A stretch of DNA of 64,000 nt from Candidatus Aminicenantes bacterium (GCA_963702005.1 OY969696.1:1568001-1632000); one strand, 5' to 3'. Positions 10,408-21,063 are shown, counted from the stretch's first letter. Made by a program: numbers and translations. Notes: generated from the sequence alone by a model not told the origin.

Positions 10408-11796
10408 CTATCTTCGCGCCTCCAACCGCTCGACGAGGCCGGGGATGACCTGGCTGATGTTCCCCGCTCCCATGATGAGGATGATGTCCTTGGGCCCGGC
10501 GATTCCGGCCACCAGCTCGGGGATCCGCTTTAAGTCGGCTTCGAACCGGACGTCGTGATGGCCCAGCCGGCGCGTTTCCTCGAAGAGGGCCTTGCCGGTC
10601 ACGCCGGGAATGGGGTCCTCGCTGGCCGGATAGATCTCGGTCATGACGACGACGTCGGCCTGGTTGAAGGCCGTCGCGAACTGGGCCGTCAGGGCCGCGA
10701 CCCGTGTATAGCGGTGCGGCTGGAAGACGGCCACGACCCGGCGCGGCCAGCCCCGCTTGGCCGCCTCGAGGGTTGCCCGGATCTCGGTCGGGTGGTGGGC
10801 GTAGTCCTCGATGATCATGATGTCTCCGATCTCCTTTTTGAGTTCGAAGCGGCGGCCCGTTCCCGGGTAGGACTCGAGGGCCTTGAGGATGATGTCGAGG
10901 GGGATGTCGAGGTCCATCCCGACGGCGGCCGCGGCCATGGCGTTGAGGATGTTGTGCTTGCCGGGGACGCTCAGGCGAAGCGTGCCCAGCATCCGGCCGC
11001 GCACGAAAAGGGACGAACTGCTCGTGAACCGGTCGAAGGCGTGGTCGCGGGCGAAGAAATCGGCCTGGGCCGAGAATCCGTAGCTGATGATCTTCCGGTC
11101 GATTTGGGGGATGAGGCTCTGGAGGTTCGGGTCGTCCAGGCAAAGGACGACCGGACAGTAGAAAGGGACCTTATTGGCGAAGTTGACGAAGGTCCGCTGG
11201 ATCTCCTCGACGTCCCGGTATTGGTCGAGATGTTCCTCGTCGATGTTGGTCAGGACGGCGATGAACGGAGACAGATAGAGAAAGGAGCGATCGCTCTCGT
11301 CGGCCTCGGCGACGATGAAATCGCCCGCCCCGAGCTTGGCGTTGGCGCCGATCGTATTAAGCCGGCCGCCGACGATGATGGTCGGGTCGAAACCGCCCGC
11401 CTCCAGGACCTGGGCGATCATGGATGTCGTCGAGGTCTTGCCGTGGGAGCCGGCGATCGCGATCCCGTATTTCATCCTCATCAGCTCGGCCAGCATCTCG
11501 GCCCGGGGGATGACGGGGATCTTGAGGGCCTTGGCCTCTTGGACCTCGACGTTGTCCTCGCGGATGGCCGAGGAGATGACGACGACATCGGCCCCCCGGA
11601 CGGACTCGGCTTTATGGCCGATGCGCACGGTCGCCCCTAGTTTAACAAGGCGGCGGGTCGCCTCGTTCTCCTGGACATCCGATCCGCTGATGGCGTAATC
11701 GAGGTTCAGGAGGACCTCGGCGATGCCGTTCATGCCCGTCCCGCCGATGCCGACCATGTGAATTCGCTTGAGCTTCCGGTAGCCTTTTTTGACCAT
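10408..11796 (-). CDS. murC: UDP-N-acetylmuramate--L-alanine ligase
   Basis: GIGGTGM, GSHGKTSTT, EADESD, DYAHHPTE. Confidence 0.97.
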   Translation of the reverse strand: MVKKGYRKLKRIHMVGIGGTGMNGIAEVLLNLDYAISGSDVQENEATRRLVKLGATVRIGHKAESVRGADVVVISSAIREDNVEVQEAKALKIPVIPRAEMLAELMRMKYGIAIAGSHGKTSTTSMIAQVLEAGGFDPTIIVGGRLNTIGANAKLGAGDFIVAEADESDRSFLYLSPFIAVLTNIDEEHLDQYRDVEEIQRTFVNFANKVPFYCPVVLCLDDPNLQSLIPQIDRKIISYGFSAQADFFARDHAFDRFTSSSSLFVRGRMLGTLRLSVPGKHNILNAMAAAAVGMDLDIPLDIILKALESYPGTGRRFELKKEIGDIMIIEDYAHHPTEIRATLEAAKRGWPRRVVAVFQPHRYTRVAALTAQFATAFNQADVVVMTEIYPASEDPIPGVTGKALFEETRRLGHHDVRFEADLKRIPELVAGIAGPKDIILIMGAGNISQVIPGLVERLEARR

Positions 11797-11797
11797 G

Positions 11798-12892
11798 TCA
11801 ATCCTTCCTGCCGGTCCGGCCCATCAATTCCAGACAGAGCCGGGCGATCCTGTCCGCGGCGCCCGGCCGCCGGAGGGCGGCGAGCCTCGACTCCAGGGCC
11901 GTGAGCGTCGTCCCGTCCGAGGCGAGCTTGAGGACGATCTCGGCCAGGGCCGCCGCCGTGCAATTTTTCTCCTCGAGAACGACGGCGGCACCCGCCTCCT
12001 CCAGAGCCCGCGCGTTCAGGAGCTGATGGTCCTCCGCGGCCCCGGCGAACGGGATGAGGACGGCGGCCCGCCCGGCCGCGATGAGCTCAGCGCAGGTCGT
12101 GGCGCCGGCCCGGCTGATAATGAGGTGGGCGCGGGCGAAGCGGTCGGCCATATCGGCGAAAAAGGGCGCGACTATGACGTCCTTGAATCCCAGCTCCCGG
12201 TAGCGTTCGCTGACGCGGGCAAGGTCCTTGTCGCCGGTCTGGTGAAGGAAACGGAAGCGGTCTTTCCGGGCGGCCAGGATGGGGAGGGCGGCGACAACGG
12301 CCTCGTTCAAAAAGGCGGATCCCTGGCTTCCCCCGAAGACGAGGATGGTGAAGGGCGCGCCGGCCCGCGCGCGGGGAAGATTCTCGAACTCGGCGCGGAC
12401 CGGATTTCCCAGGACGGCGGCCTTGCCCTTGAAGTAGGGGAGCGACTCTTCGAAGGCGACCGCCGCCTTTCGGACCCAAGGCCGGAGGAGGCGGTTTGTG
12501 AACCCGGGCCGGACGTTTTGCTCAAGGATGAGCGTCGGGAGCCGAAGGAGCGCGGCCAGCAGCACGACCGGCCCCGAGCTGTACCCGCCGGCCCCGATGA
12601 CGAGACGGGGCCGCGTCCGGGCTAGCAACACGAGGGCCTGGACCAACGAGACCGGAAGCAGGACGAGGGTTCGCAGGCTTTTCCAGCCTCGGCCCTTGAG
12701 GCCTTCGATCGTCATCGGGACGAACTCAAAGCCGGTATCCTTCAGGATGCCGGATTCGATGCGGCGTCGGCTGCCGACGAAGACGATCGGAAGTCCGGGG
12801 ACGAGCTCGCGAAGTTTGCGGGCCACGGCAAGGGCGGGGAAGAGATGTCCGCCCGTCCCTCCGCCGCTGATGACGACGCCCCTCCCGGTCAT
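11798..12892 (-). CDS. murG: Lipid II GlcNAc transferase
   Basis: GGGTGGH, EQN, GGSQG, SRAGA. Confidence 0.96.
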   Translation of the reverse strand: MTGRGVVISGGGTGGHLFPALAVARKLRELVPGLPIVFVGSRRRIESGILKDTGFEFVPMTIEGLKGRGWKSLRTLVLLPVSLVQALVLLARTRPRLVIGAGGYSSGPVVLLAALLRLPTLILEQNVRPGFTNRLLRPWVRKAAVAFEESLPYFKGKAAVLGNPVRAEFENLPRARAGAPFTILVFGGSQGSAFLNEAVVAALPILAARKDRFRFLHQTGDKDLARVSERYRELGFKDVIVAPFFADMADRFARAHLIISRAGATTCAELIAAGRAAVLIPFAGAAEDHQLLNARALEEAGAAVVLEEKNCTAAALAEIVLKLASDGTTLTALESRLAALRRPGAADRIARLCLELMGRTGRKD

Positions 12893-14004
12893 GGCTGGTA
12901 GGGGTCCTTTTTGCCCCTGCGCTGGGAAATATTGAGGATGATGCCGAGCGCGGCCAAGGTCATGACTAGAGATGAGCGGCCGTAGCTCATAAGCGGCAGG
13001 GGGATTCCTTTGGCCGGGCCGATTCCTAGGACGATCGTGATATTGAGGAGGGCCTGGGTCCCGATCATGAGGATGAGTCCGAGGACGGTCAGCTGGGCGG
13101 CCAGTCCGGGCGCCCGGGAGAAAACGACGATTCCCCTCCAGATGAGAAGGCCGAACAGGGCCAGAACGGCCAGCGTCCCGAGGAGTCCGGTTTCCTCGCC
13201 CAGGATGGCGTAAATGAAGTCGGTGTGGGCGCAGGGAAGGAAGAACAGTTTTTGGGTGCTCTCGCCGATGCTCACGCCGACGAGTCCGCCCGTGCCGACG
13301 GCCAGCTTGGACTGAATAATCTGGAAACCGGCGCCGAGCGGGTCCCGGTTGGGAAAGAGGAAGGTCAGAACCCGCTCAATTCGGTAGGGGGCCTGGACGA
13401 GGTAGAGCCCGAACAGCGCTGCCGAGCCGGCCCCGAGCAGTCCGAGATGCTTGAGGCGGACACCGCTCACAAACAGGATCAGGAGGCAATTCAGAAAGAC
13501 AAGAAGCCCGGTCCCATAGTCGGGCTCGAGGAGGATCAGGAGCGTGAAGACGGCGATTACGGCCAGCGGCAAGACGAGAGAGCGGGCCTCATGGAGAGCG
13601 TCCCTTTTTCTCTCGAGCGTATGGGCGAGGAACAAGACCAGGCTGATCTTGGCGAGCTCGGAGGGCTGGAAGCGAATCCCGCGCAGGAGGACCCAGCGGT
13701 GGGTGCCGGCCACGCTGGGCATGAGGAAGCAGAGGAGGAGAAGTCCTCCGGCGCCGGCGAGCAGGCCGTAGACGATGACCGGGTTCCGGAAGAACGGGGA
13801 ACGGACCCGGAGGAGGGCCACCAAGAGACCGATCCCCAGGGCGGCTCCCAAGGCCTGTTGGGCCAGGAAGTAGAACGGCTGGTGGAACTTCTCATCGGCC
13901 AGGACACCCGACGAACTGAAGACCATCACCACACCCCCCGCGACAAGGAGCAGGGTGATGACGAAGAGGGTCTTGTCGAAGCCGCCGGTCCGGAAGCTCT
14001 CCAT
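12889..14004 (-). CDS. ftsW: SEDS peptidoglycan glycosyltransferase FtsW
   Basis: FQPSELAK, HTDFI, GIPLPLMSYG. Confidence 0.93.
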   Translation of the reverse strand: MESFRTGGFDKTLFVITLLLVAGGVVMVFSSSGVLADEKFHQPFYFLAQQALGAALGIGLLVALLRVRSPFFRNPVIVYGLLAGAGGLLLLCFLMPSVAGTHRWVLLRGIRFQPSELAKISLVLFLAHTLERKRDALHEARSLVLPLAVIAVFTLLILLEPDYGTGLLVFLNCLLILFVSGVRLKHLGLLGAGSAALFGLYLVQAPYRIERVLTFLFPNRDPLGAGFQIIQSKLAVGTGGLVGVSIGESTQKLFFLPCAHTDFIYAILGEETGLLGTLAVLALFGLLIWRGIVVFSRAPGLAAQLTVLGLILMIGTQALLNITIVLGIGPAKGIPLPLMSYGRSSLVMTLAALGIILNISQRRGKKDPYQP

Positions 14005-14007
14005 GGC

Positions 14008-15375
14008 CTAGGGCCGCTCCTTTCGCAGGCGCTTGTCCAGGGCCCGGACGGCGCTCTTGAAGACGCGGCCGCGCTGCTCGTAATTCCGGAACCAGTCGAA
14101 GCTCGCGCAGGCGGGCGCGAGAAGGACGACGTCGCCGGAACGGGCCGCCGCGAAGCTCCGGGCGACCGCCTCTTTCATCGAGCCCGTCTCGACGATCGGG
14201 GCCGCGTCCTCCAGGCCTTTCCGGATTTTGTCCTTGGACTCGCCGATGAGGACCAGCGTTCGAACTCGGGCCCGGATGTCCCGGCGGAGCGCGCTGAAGT
14301 CGCCGCCCTTGTCCTTTCCGCCGATGATCAGGACGATTGTCCTGGTGAAGGATTGAAGGGCTTTGAGCGTTGCGTCGACCGTCGTGGCCTTGGAGTCGTT
14401 GACGAAACGAACCCCGCGCACGGTTAAAACGGGCTCGAGGCGGTGTTCGAGGCCCCGGAAAGTCCGGATGGTCGCGCGCATTGACTCGGCCGGGACTTCG
14501 AACAGGTGGCCGATGAGGGCGGCCGCCATGACGTTCTCTTGGTTGTGGCCTCCCGGGATCGGGATCTCGGCGGTCCGGATGAGCCGGCGCTCCGTCCCGT
14601 CCCGGAGCACGATCCAGCCTTGCTCGAGGAAGCAGCCGGCCCGGACCCGGCGGCGCCGGCTGAAACTCAGCACCCGGGCGGGGAGGTCCTTGGCGAGCGA
14701 CCAGACCAGGGCATCCTCCCGGTTCAGGATGGCCGTGTCTTCGGCCGTCTGAGTCGCGAACAACTTCCGCTTGGCCTCGTAGTATTCCTCGAAGGAGGCG
14801 TGCCAGTCGAGATGATTGAGGGAGATGTTGAGGAAGGCCGCGACGCGGGCCCGGAAGAAATCCGTGCGCTGGAGCTGAAAGCTCGAGATCTCGGTCACGT
14901 AGACATCCGCCGTCCGGCTCTTCTCGACGAAGCCGATGAGCGGCGTTCCGATGTTCCCGACCAGGCGGGCCCGGAATCCCGCATCCTTGAGAATCCGCTG
15001 GGCGAGGGTCGTCGTCGTCGACTTCCCGTTCGATCCCGTGATCCCGATGATGGTCCCCTTCAGGAATCGGAAGGCGATTTCGATCTCGGATAGAACCGGG
15101 ACGCCCTTGGCCCGCGCGGCCCGGAGTTCGGGAATGTCGGGGACGCCCGGACTGGGGACGATCAGGTCCGCTCGAAGGAAGGTGTCCGGGACGTGGCCGC
15201 ACGTTTCGAGGACGGCCCCCCGCGACCTCAGGTCCGCGACGGCCCGGCCCAGTTCGGTCTCCGGCTTCTTGTCGCTGACCGTGACCCGCGCCCCCCGGCC
15301 GAGGAAGAAGCGGGCGGTCGCCTCGCCCGTCTTGGCGAGCCCGACGATGAGGACCTTCTTGTTCGCGAATTCCAT
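14008..15375 (-). CDS. murD: UDP-MurNAc-L-Ala--D-Glu ligase
   Basis: GSNGKSTT, SSFQL, NDSKAT, PACASFD. Confidence 0.96.
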   Translation of the reverse strand: MEFANKKVLIVGLAKTGEATARFFLGRGARVTVSDKKPETELGRAVADLRSRGAVLETCGHVPDTFLRADLIVPSPGVPDIPELRAARAKGVPVLSEIEIAFRFLKGTIIGITGSNGKSTTTTLAQRILKDAGFRARLVGNIGTPLIGFVEKSRTADVYVTEISSFQLQRTDFFRARVAAFLNISLNHLDWHASFEEYYEAKRKLFATQTAEDTAILNREDALVWSLAKDLPARVLSFSRRRRVRAGCFLEQGWIVLRDGTERRLIRTAEIPIPGGHNQENVMAAALIGHLFEVPAESMRATIRTFRGLEHRLEPVLTVRGVRFVNDSKATTVDATLKALQSFTRTIVLIIGGKDKGGDFSALRRDIRARVRTLVLIGESKDKIRKGLEDAAPIVETGSMKEAVARSFAAARSGDVVLLAPACASFDWFRNYEQRGRVFKSAVRALDKRLRKERP

Positions 15376-15379
15376 GCGT

Positions 15380-16468
15380 CTATCTCAACTTCAAGGTCGT
15401 CAAGCTGAACAGGGCGAAGATGATGGCCAGGATCCAAAAACGGACGACGACCTTCTCTTCGCGCCAGCCGGCCAGCTCGAAGTGATGGTGGAGGGGCGCC
15501 ATCCGGAAGATCCGCTTGCCCTTGGTCAGCTTGAAGTAGGAGATCTGGGCCAGGACCGAGAGCGCCTCCAGGATGAACACGCCGGCGACCGAGAAGAGGA
15601 GGAATTCCTGCTTGATGAGGATGGCGATGACGGCCAGGGTCGCGCCCAGGGATAAAGCCCCCACGTCGCCCATGAAGATTTGGGCCGGATGGCAGTTGAA
15701 CCACAGAAAACCCAGGCAGGCGCCGGTCAGGGCTCCGGCGAAGACGGTCAGCTCGGCCGCGCGGGGGACGCGGGCGATGGCCAGATACTGGGAGAAAACG
15801 GCGTGGCCCGCGATATAGGTCAGCGTCGTCAAAGCCGCTGCGCTGATCAGGGTCAGGCCGATGGCCAGCCCATCCAGACCGTCGGCGAGGTTGACCGCGT
15901 TCGAGGAACCGACCAGGATGAAGACGATCAAGGGCAGGTAGAGCCAGCCGAGGAAGGGGACCCACTCCTTGAGGAACGGAAAACTCAACCGGAGGCTGAA
16001 CGCTCCTTCCATCCCGAGCGAGATGAGAATGAGTCCGATGCCGACGGCGAGGGCACTTTGGAGGAAGAGCTTGGGCCAGATCCGGAGGCCCAAGGACCTT
16101 TTCCGGCGGAACTTGACGTAATCGTCCCAGAACCCGATCAGGCCGAAGCACACCATGGTCAGCATGGCGACCCAGACATAAGTGTTGCCGAGGTTGCCCC
16201 AGAGGAGAGTCGGGAGAAGGGTCGAGGCGATGATGAGGAGCCCGCCCATGGACGGCGTCCCCTTCTTGCTCAGGTGGGATTGCGGACCCTCGAGGCGGAC
16301 CTCCTGGCCGATCTGCATTTTTTTGAGCATCCGTATGAGCCAGGGGCCGAGGAGGAAGCTGAGGAGGAGGGCCGTGATCCCGGCCAGGGCCGTCCGGACC
16401 GTGATGTAGCGGAAGATGTTGAAGAAGAACAGGGATTTTCGGAGCGGAACGAGGAGCCAGTAGAGCAC
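15380..16468 (-). CDS. mraY: Phospho-MurNAc-pentapeptide transferase
   Basis: KKGTPSMGG, NAVNLADGLDGL, MAPLHHHFE; GTG start with GGAGG RBS. Confidence 0.97.
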   Translation of the reverse strand: MLYWLLVPLRKSLFFFNIFRYITVRTALAGITALLLSFLLGPWLIRMLKKMQIGQEVRLEGPQSHLSKKGTPSMGGLLIIASTLLPTLLWGNLGNTYVWVAMLTMVCFGLIGFWDDYVKFRRKRSLGLRIWPKLFLQSALAVGIGLILISLGMEGAFSLRLSFPFLKEWVPFLGWLYLPLIVFILVGSSNAVNLADGLDGLAIGLTLISAAALTTLTYIAGHAVFSQYLAIARVPRAAELTVFAGALTGACLGFLWFNCHPAQIFMGDVGALSLGATLAVIAILIKQEFLLFSVAGVFILEALSVLAQISYFKLTKGKRIFRMAPLHHHFELAGWREEKVVVRFWILAIIFALFSLTTLKLR

Positions 16469-16469
16469 G

Positions 16470-17858
16470 TCATCCCTCCTTGAAATGGGCCGTCAAGCTT
16501 TCGACGACCTTTTCGAGCTCGATCCCCCGCGACCCTTTAATGAGGATCAAATCCCCGGGCCGGATGAGACCCGGGACCACCGCGGCGGCTTCCTCGGCCG
16601 TGTCGAAGGACGCGACCTCGGCCGCGTCCCGTCCCGCCTCCCGCGCCGCCTCGGCCATCCGGCGGCTGAGGGGACCGACCGTGATGAGCAAAGTCCATCC
16701 GGCCCGCGCAGCCTGACGGCCGGCCTCGGCATGAAAAGCCGGACCGTCCTGTCCCAGCTCCAGCATGTCGCCCAGGACGGCGACCCTCCTCCGCCCGGGA
16801 AGGCCGGCCAAGCCCCTGAGCGCAGCTTCGAGCGCCCTCGGGTTTGAGTTGTAGGATTCGTCGATGAGCGTGACGTCCCGGCCGAGACGAAGGACCGAGC
16901 CCCGTTTGGAGAACGGCTGGAATCCGCGGATGGGGTCGGCCAGGTTCTCGACCGGAATTCCGCACGCATAGGCCGCGCCGCAGGCGGCCAGAATATCGAC
17001 GAGATAGCTGTCATAGAGGAAGGGCGTCCGGAGCCGGACACGGTCCTTGCCGTAGACGAGATCGAATTCCAAGCCGTCCACGCCCTTGGCCTCGACGTGA
17101 GCAGCCCGGATCCGGCAGGAGTTCGTGAAGCCGAACGTGATGAGCGGTCCCCGCCAGCCTTCGGCCATCTTTCGAACGAGCGGGTCGTCGCCGTTGAGGA
17201 CGGCCGTCGCTCCGGGCTTGGCTCCATCCAGGATTTCCCGCTTGGCCCGGGCGATATCCTCCACGGACCCGAAGAACTCGAGGTGAACGGGATGAACGTT
17301 GATGACGACGGCGACATCGGGAGGGGCGATGCGGGTCAGCGTCCGGATTTCGCCCGGATGGTTCATGGCCATTTCGACGACGGCCGTATCGTCGCCCGGT
17401 TCGAGCTTGAGAAGGGACAGGGCGAGCCCGAGGTGGTTGTTGAGGTTGCCCTCCGACTTGAGGACATGGTGCCGGGTCGCGATCAGGGCGGCCGCGATTT
17501 CCTTGGTCGTCGTTTTCCCACCGCTTCCCGTGATGGCGATGACCCGGACCGGCCGCTCGGACAGGACGCGGGCCGCCAGCCGGTGGAGGGCGCGAACGGC
17601 GTCATCGACCCGGACGATCGCGAAATCGGGCCCGGGCAGGGCGACGTCTTGGGAGACGACGGCCCCGGCCGCGCCCGCTCGAGCCGCCTGGGGGATGAAA
17701 TCGTGGCCGTTGCGCTCGGCCACGATGGCGAAAAACAGCTCGCCCGGTTCCGTCAAGCGGGAGTCGATGTTGTATCTCCGGACGACGATGTCGGGGCGGC
17801 CCTGGATAAGGGTTCCCCCCATTTTGGCCGCGGCCTCGACGAGGCGGAGCTGGGCCAT
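16470..17858 (-). CDS. murF: UDP-MurNAc-tripeptide--D-Ala-D-Ala ligase
   Basis: ITGSGGKTTTKE, ESYNSNP, GDMLELG, KGSRG; real start taken as ATG 17858 just after the murE stop. Confidence 0.94.
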   Translation of the reverse strand: MAQLRLVEAAAKMGGTLIQGRPDIVVRRYNIDSRLTEPGELFFAIVAERNGHDFIPQAARAGAAGAVVSQDVALPGPDFAIVRVDDAVRALHRLAARVLSERPVRVIAITGSGGKTTTKEIAAALIATRHHVLKSEGNLNNHLGLALSLLKLEPGDDTAVVEMAMNHPGEIRTLTRIAPPDVAVVINVHPVHLEFFGSVEDIARAKREILDGAKPGATAVLNGDDPLVRKMAEGWRGPLITFGFTNSCRIRAAHVEAKGVDGLEFDLVYGKDRVRLRTPFLYDSYLVDILAACGAAYACGIPVENLADPIRGFQPFSKRGSVLRLGRDVTLIDESYNSNPRALEAALRGLAGLPGRRRVAVLGDMLELGQDGPAFHAEAGRQAARAGWTLLITVGPLSRRMAEAAREAGRDAAEVASFDTAEEAAAVVPGLIRPGDLILIKGSRGIELEKVVESLTAHFKEG

Positions 17859-17859
17859 C

Positions 17860-19335
17860 TCAGGAGGCTCCCTTCTCTCCCAGGATCTCCCGGATGACCG
17901 CGATGTCGTCGAAGGGAATCGTGTGGTCTTTGAAAATCTGGTAGGTCTCATGTCCCTTGCCGGCGATGAGGACGTAATCCCCCTTCCGGGCCTGGGCCAG
18001 GGCCTCCCGGATGGCGGCTCGGCGGTCGGGCTGAACGGCGTAGGCCTTCGACCCGGCCTTGGCGAATCCCGTCTCGATGGCCGCGATGATGGCCATCGGG
18101 TCCTCCTGGCGCGGGTTGTCGGAGGTGATGACGGTCCAGTCGGCCAGGCGCCCGGCGACTTCCCCCATCCGTTCACGCTTGGTCGAGTCGCGGTTGCCGC
18201 CCGCCCCGAAGACTAGGATGATCCGTCGGGGCTTCATGTCGCGGACGCATTCGAGCAGGTTCTTGAGCGCGTTGTCGGTGTGGGCGTAATCGACGATGAT
18301 CTGAAGGCCGACGGCGTTGGGAATCCTCTCGAACCGGCCCGGGACTCCGCTCAGGCCGGCGATCCCCTCCTCGACGGCTTTAACCGAAATGTTGAGGGAC
18401 AGGGCGGCCGCGGCCGCGGCCAGGATGTTGTAGAGGTTGTGACGGCCGACCAGACGGGACTCGGCTTGGATCTTCCCGCCCGGATATTCGAGGACGGCCC
18501 GGATGCCGTCCTCGCGGAAGACGGCCTTGGAGGCCCGGATGATGGCGGCCGGCTCGAACCCAAACGAGACCGTCCGCATCGGGAGTTCGGCCAGAAGCTT
18601 CTGGCCCCAGGGGTCGTCCATGTTGACGACGGCCGTGTTCTTTTTATGGTTGAGGAAGAAAAGTTTCTTCTTGGCCTCGAAATAGTCCTCCAGGGAGTGA
18701 TGGTAGTCCATGTGTTCGCCGCTCAGGTTCGTGAAGACGACGACATCGAAGCTGACGCCCCACACCCTCTTGAGTTCGAGCGAGTGAGAGGATACCTCGA
18801 GCAGGCCGTGAGTAGCGCCCCCGTCAAGGAACGTTCGGAGGTAGCGCTGAAGGTCGGGCGCCTCGGGGGTCGTCCGGCCGGCCTCGACCGAAATCCCCGG
18901 CCCCCGGTAGGAGATCGTGCCCAGGACGGCGGGGACGCCGCCGGCCTTTTGGACGATTGACTCCAGGACATAGGTCACGGTCGTTTTCCCTTTCGTCCCC
19001 GTGACCCCGGCGATCTTGAGGCGGTCCGAGGGATGGCCGTAGTAATTGGCCGCGCACAGGGCGAGGCATTCCCGGGCGTCGTAGACATGGACCCAGTTCG
19101 CGTCGAGCTGGGGAGGCCGGGGACGCTCGGAGAGGACGGCCGCCGCCCCCCTGGCCAGGGCGTCGGCGACGAAGGCGTTCCCGTCCGCCTTCTCTCCTTT
19201 GAGCGCGGCGAACAGGAATCCTGGCCGGACGTCTTTCGAGGAGAAGGCGAGGCCGCGGATCTCCGTCCGGTCGTTCCCGCTCATAAAAAGGACGGGAACT
19301 TCGGCGAAGAGGTCCTTGAGCGTCAAGCCGCTCAT
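17860..19335 (-). CDS. murE: UDP-MurNAc-dipeptide--diamino acid ligase
   Basis: TGTKGKTT, TTPE, VDYAHT, DNPR (meso-DAP type), GKGHE. Confidence 0.96.
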   Translation of the reverse strand: MSGLTLKDLFAEVPVLFMSGNDRTEIRGLAFSSKDVRPGFLFAALKGEKADGNAFVADALARGAAAVLSERPRPPQLDANWVHVYDARECLALCAANYYGHPSDRLKIAGVTGTKGKTTVTYVLESIVQKAGGVPAVLGTISYRGPGISVEAGRTTPEAPDLQRYLRTFLDGGATHGLLEVSSHSLELKRVWGVSFDVVVFTNLSGEHMDYHHSLEDYFEAKKKLFFLNHKKNTAVVNMDDPWGQKLLAELPMRTVSFGFEPAAIIRASKAVFREDGIRAVLEYPGGKIQAESRLVGRHNLYNILAAAAAALSLNISVKAVEEGIAGLSGVPGRFERIPNAVGLQIIVDYAHTDNALKNLLECVRDMKPRRIILVFGAGGNRDSTKRERMGEVAGRLADWTVITSDNPRQEDPMAIIAAIETGFAKAGSKAYAVQPDRRAAIREALAQARKGDYVLIAGKGHETYQIFKDHTIPFDDIAVIREILGEKGAS

Positions 19336-21062
19336 CGGCGCCCCCCGCTGCCGAGGTCGGCGGTCAGAATCCGGGCGTCGGTCAAGGCGGGCGGGATCCG
19401 GAGGTAGCGGAGGGTTCGCAGCGCGATCTCCCGGAAAACGGGAGCCGCCACCAGCCCGCCGTATTGGTCGTCGCCTTGGGGATTGTCGATGACGACGATC
19501 ATAGAGAAGGCGGCCGGCTCCGTGTCTACGAACCCGACGAAGGACGCCAAGTGACGGAAGGAGGTGTAGCGCCGCAGCGCCTCATCCCATTTCTGGGTGG
19601 TCCCGGTCTTTCCGGCGATCGCGTAGCCGGGGATCCGGGCCGCCTGTCCCGTCCCTCCCTCGACGACCCCGCGCAGGATGGCCTTCATCTCGCGGGCGAT
19701 CGGAACCGGGAGAACGGGCCTGGCCGCCGCGGCAGGCGCGCCGGTTTGGTCCCCGACGATACGCGGCGTCATCAGGACGCCGTCATTGGCGATGATATTC
19801 AGGGCTTGGAGGACTTGGACGGCCGTCACGGAGATGCCGTAGCCGATGGACTGATAGGCCTGGCCGTTCGCCCCCCATTTGTCGGGAGGATGGATGATTC
19901 CGCGAACCTCGCCGGGGAGCTCGATGCCGCTCCTCTCGCCGAACCCGAAAGCCTTCATGGACGCGTAGAAATCCCCGCGAGCGAGCCGAGTCCCGACCTG
20001 GATCATGCCCACGTTGGAGGACTGGAAGAGGACCTCGGGGAAGCTGAGGATTCCGAACGGCTTGTGGTCGTGGACGAAATTTCCGGCCAAGGCGACGGCT
20101 CCCTCGCTGCAGTCGAAGCGGTCCTCGACCCGGACGGCGCCATTCTCCAGGGCGGTGGCGGCCGTGACGATCTTGAAGGTTGAACCAGGTTCGAAGATGA
20201 CGGAGACGGCCCGGTTCGGTTCGGCCTCGCGCGGGGCCGCGGCCTGATTGGGATCGAAATCCGGGTAGGAGACCAAAGCCAGGATCTCTCCCGTCCCGGG
20301 ATGGGACACCACGACCGTTCCCCACGAGGCCCGGTGGGATTCGATGGCGCGGTCCAGAGCCTGCTGGGCGATGTACTGGATGGTTTCGTCGATCGTAAGC
20401 TCGAGGTCGCGGCCCGGGACGGCCCGGCTGAGGACTTCGAGATGATAGGCTCGGCGCCGGGCGTCCCTCAGGATGAGCGATTTCCCCGTCACGCCCGAGA
20501 GGGCCTCGTTGAAGACTCTTTCAACGCCGTGCCGGCCCTTCTCGTCGATATCCACGTAGCCCAGGGCGTGGGCGGCCAGCCGGCCTTGCGGGTAGAACCG
20601 CTTTGTCTCCTCCTGCATAAAGACGCCCGGAAGACGGAGGGCTTCGACGGCCTGGGCGGCGGCTTCGTCGATCTTGCGCTTGATCCAGATGAATTTGTCC
20701 CCCTTCTCGATCCGCGCTCCGATCCTGTCCTTGTCTTCGCGGGACAGGTCCAGGATTCCGGACAGTTTGGCCAGGACCTGGCGCTGGATCTCGGGCGTCT
20801 CCTTGGCCGAGGGCGAGAGAAACACCGACTGAGCGGGAAGGCTCCGGGCCAGGATCTGGCCCCGGCGGTCGTAGATCGTTCCCCGGAGCGGTTGGACCGT
20901 CCGGATGTTCTGGTTTTGTTCGATGATGTCGGCCTTGAAGCGGTCATGGCGAAGGATCTGGAGTTGAACGAGCCGTCCGGCGAGGACGATCGACCAGGCC
21001 AGAAGCGCCAGGCTGAGGACCTTCAGGCGCCGCAGCGACCGTTGGGAGTCGAAGGCTTTCAT
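19332..21062 (-). CDS. ftsI: Class B penicillin-binding protein
   Basis: RGTIYDR, EPGSTFK (SxxK), SSNVG, KTGT. Confidence 0.92.
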   Translation of the reverse strand: MKAFDSQRSLRRLKVLSLALLAWSIVLAGRLVQLQILRHDRFKADIIEQNQNIRTVQPLRGTIYDRRGQILARSLPAQSVFLSPSAKETPEIQRQVLAKLSGILDLSREDKDRIGARIEKGDKFIWIKRKIDEAAAQAVEALRLPGVFMQEETKRFYPQGRLAAHALGYVDIDEKGRHGVERVFNEALSGVTGKSLILRDARRRAYHLEVLSRAVPGRDLELTIDETIQYIAQQALDRAIESHRASWGTVVVSHPGTGEILALVSYPDFDPNQAAAPREAEPNRAVSVIFEPGSTFKIVTAATALENGAVRVEDRFDCSEGAVALAGNFVHDHKPFGILSFPEVLFQSSNVGMIQVGTRLARGDFYASMKAFGFGERSGIELPGEVRGIIHPPDKWGANGQAYQSIGYGISVTAVQVLQALNIIANDGVLMTPRIVGDQTGAPAAAARPVLPVPIAREMKAILRGVVEGGTGQAARIPGYAIAGKTGTTQKWDEALRRYTSFRHLASFVGFVDTEPAAFSMIVVIDNPQGDDQYGGLVAAPVFREIALRTLRYLRIPPALTDARILTADLGSGGRR

Positions 21063-21063
21063 G

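Noticed and set aside
16470-18176. 568-aa MurF with a long N-terminal extension as given in the ORF track
   Set aside because: The extension overlaps murE in another frame; ATG 17858 directly after the murE stop is the natural start
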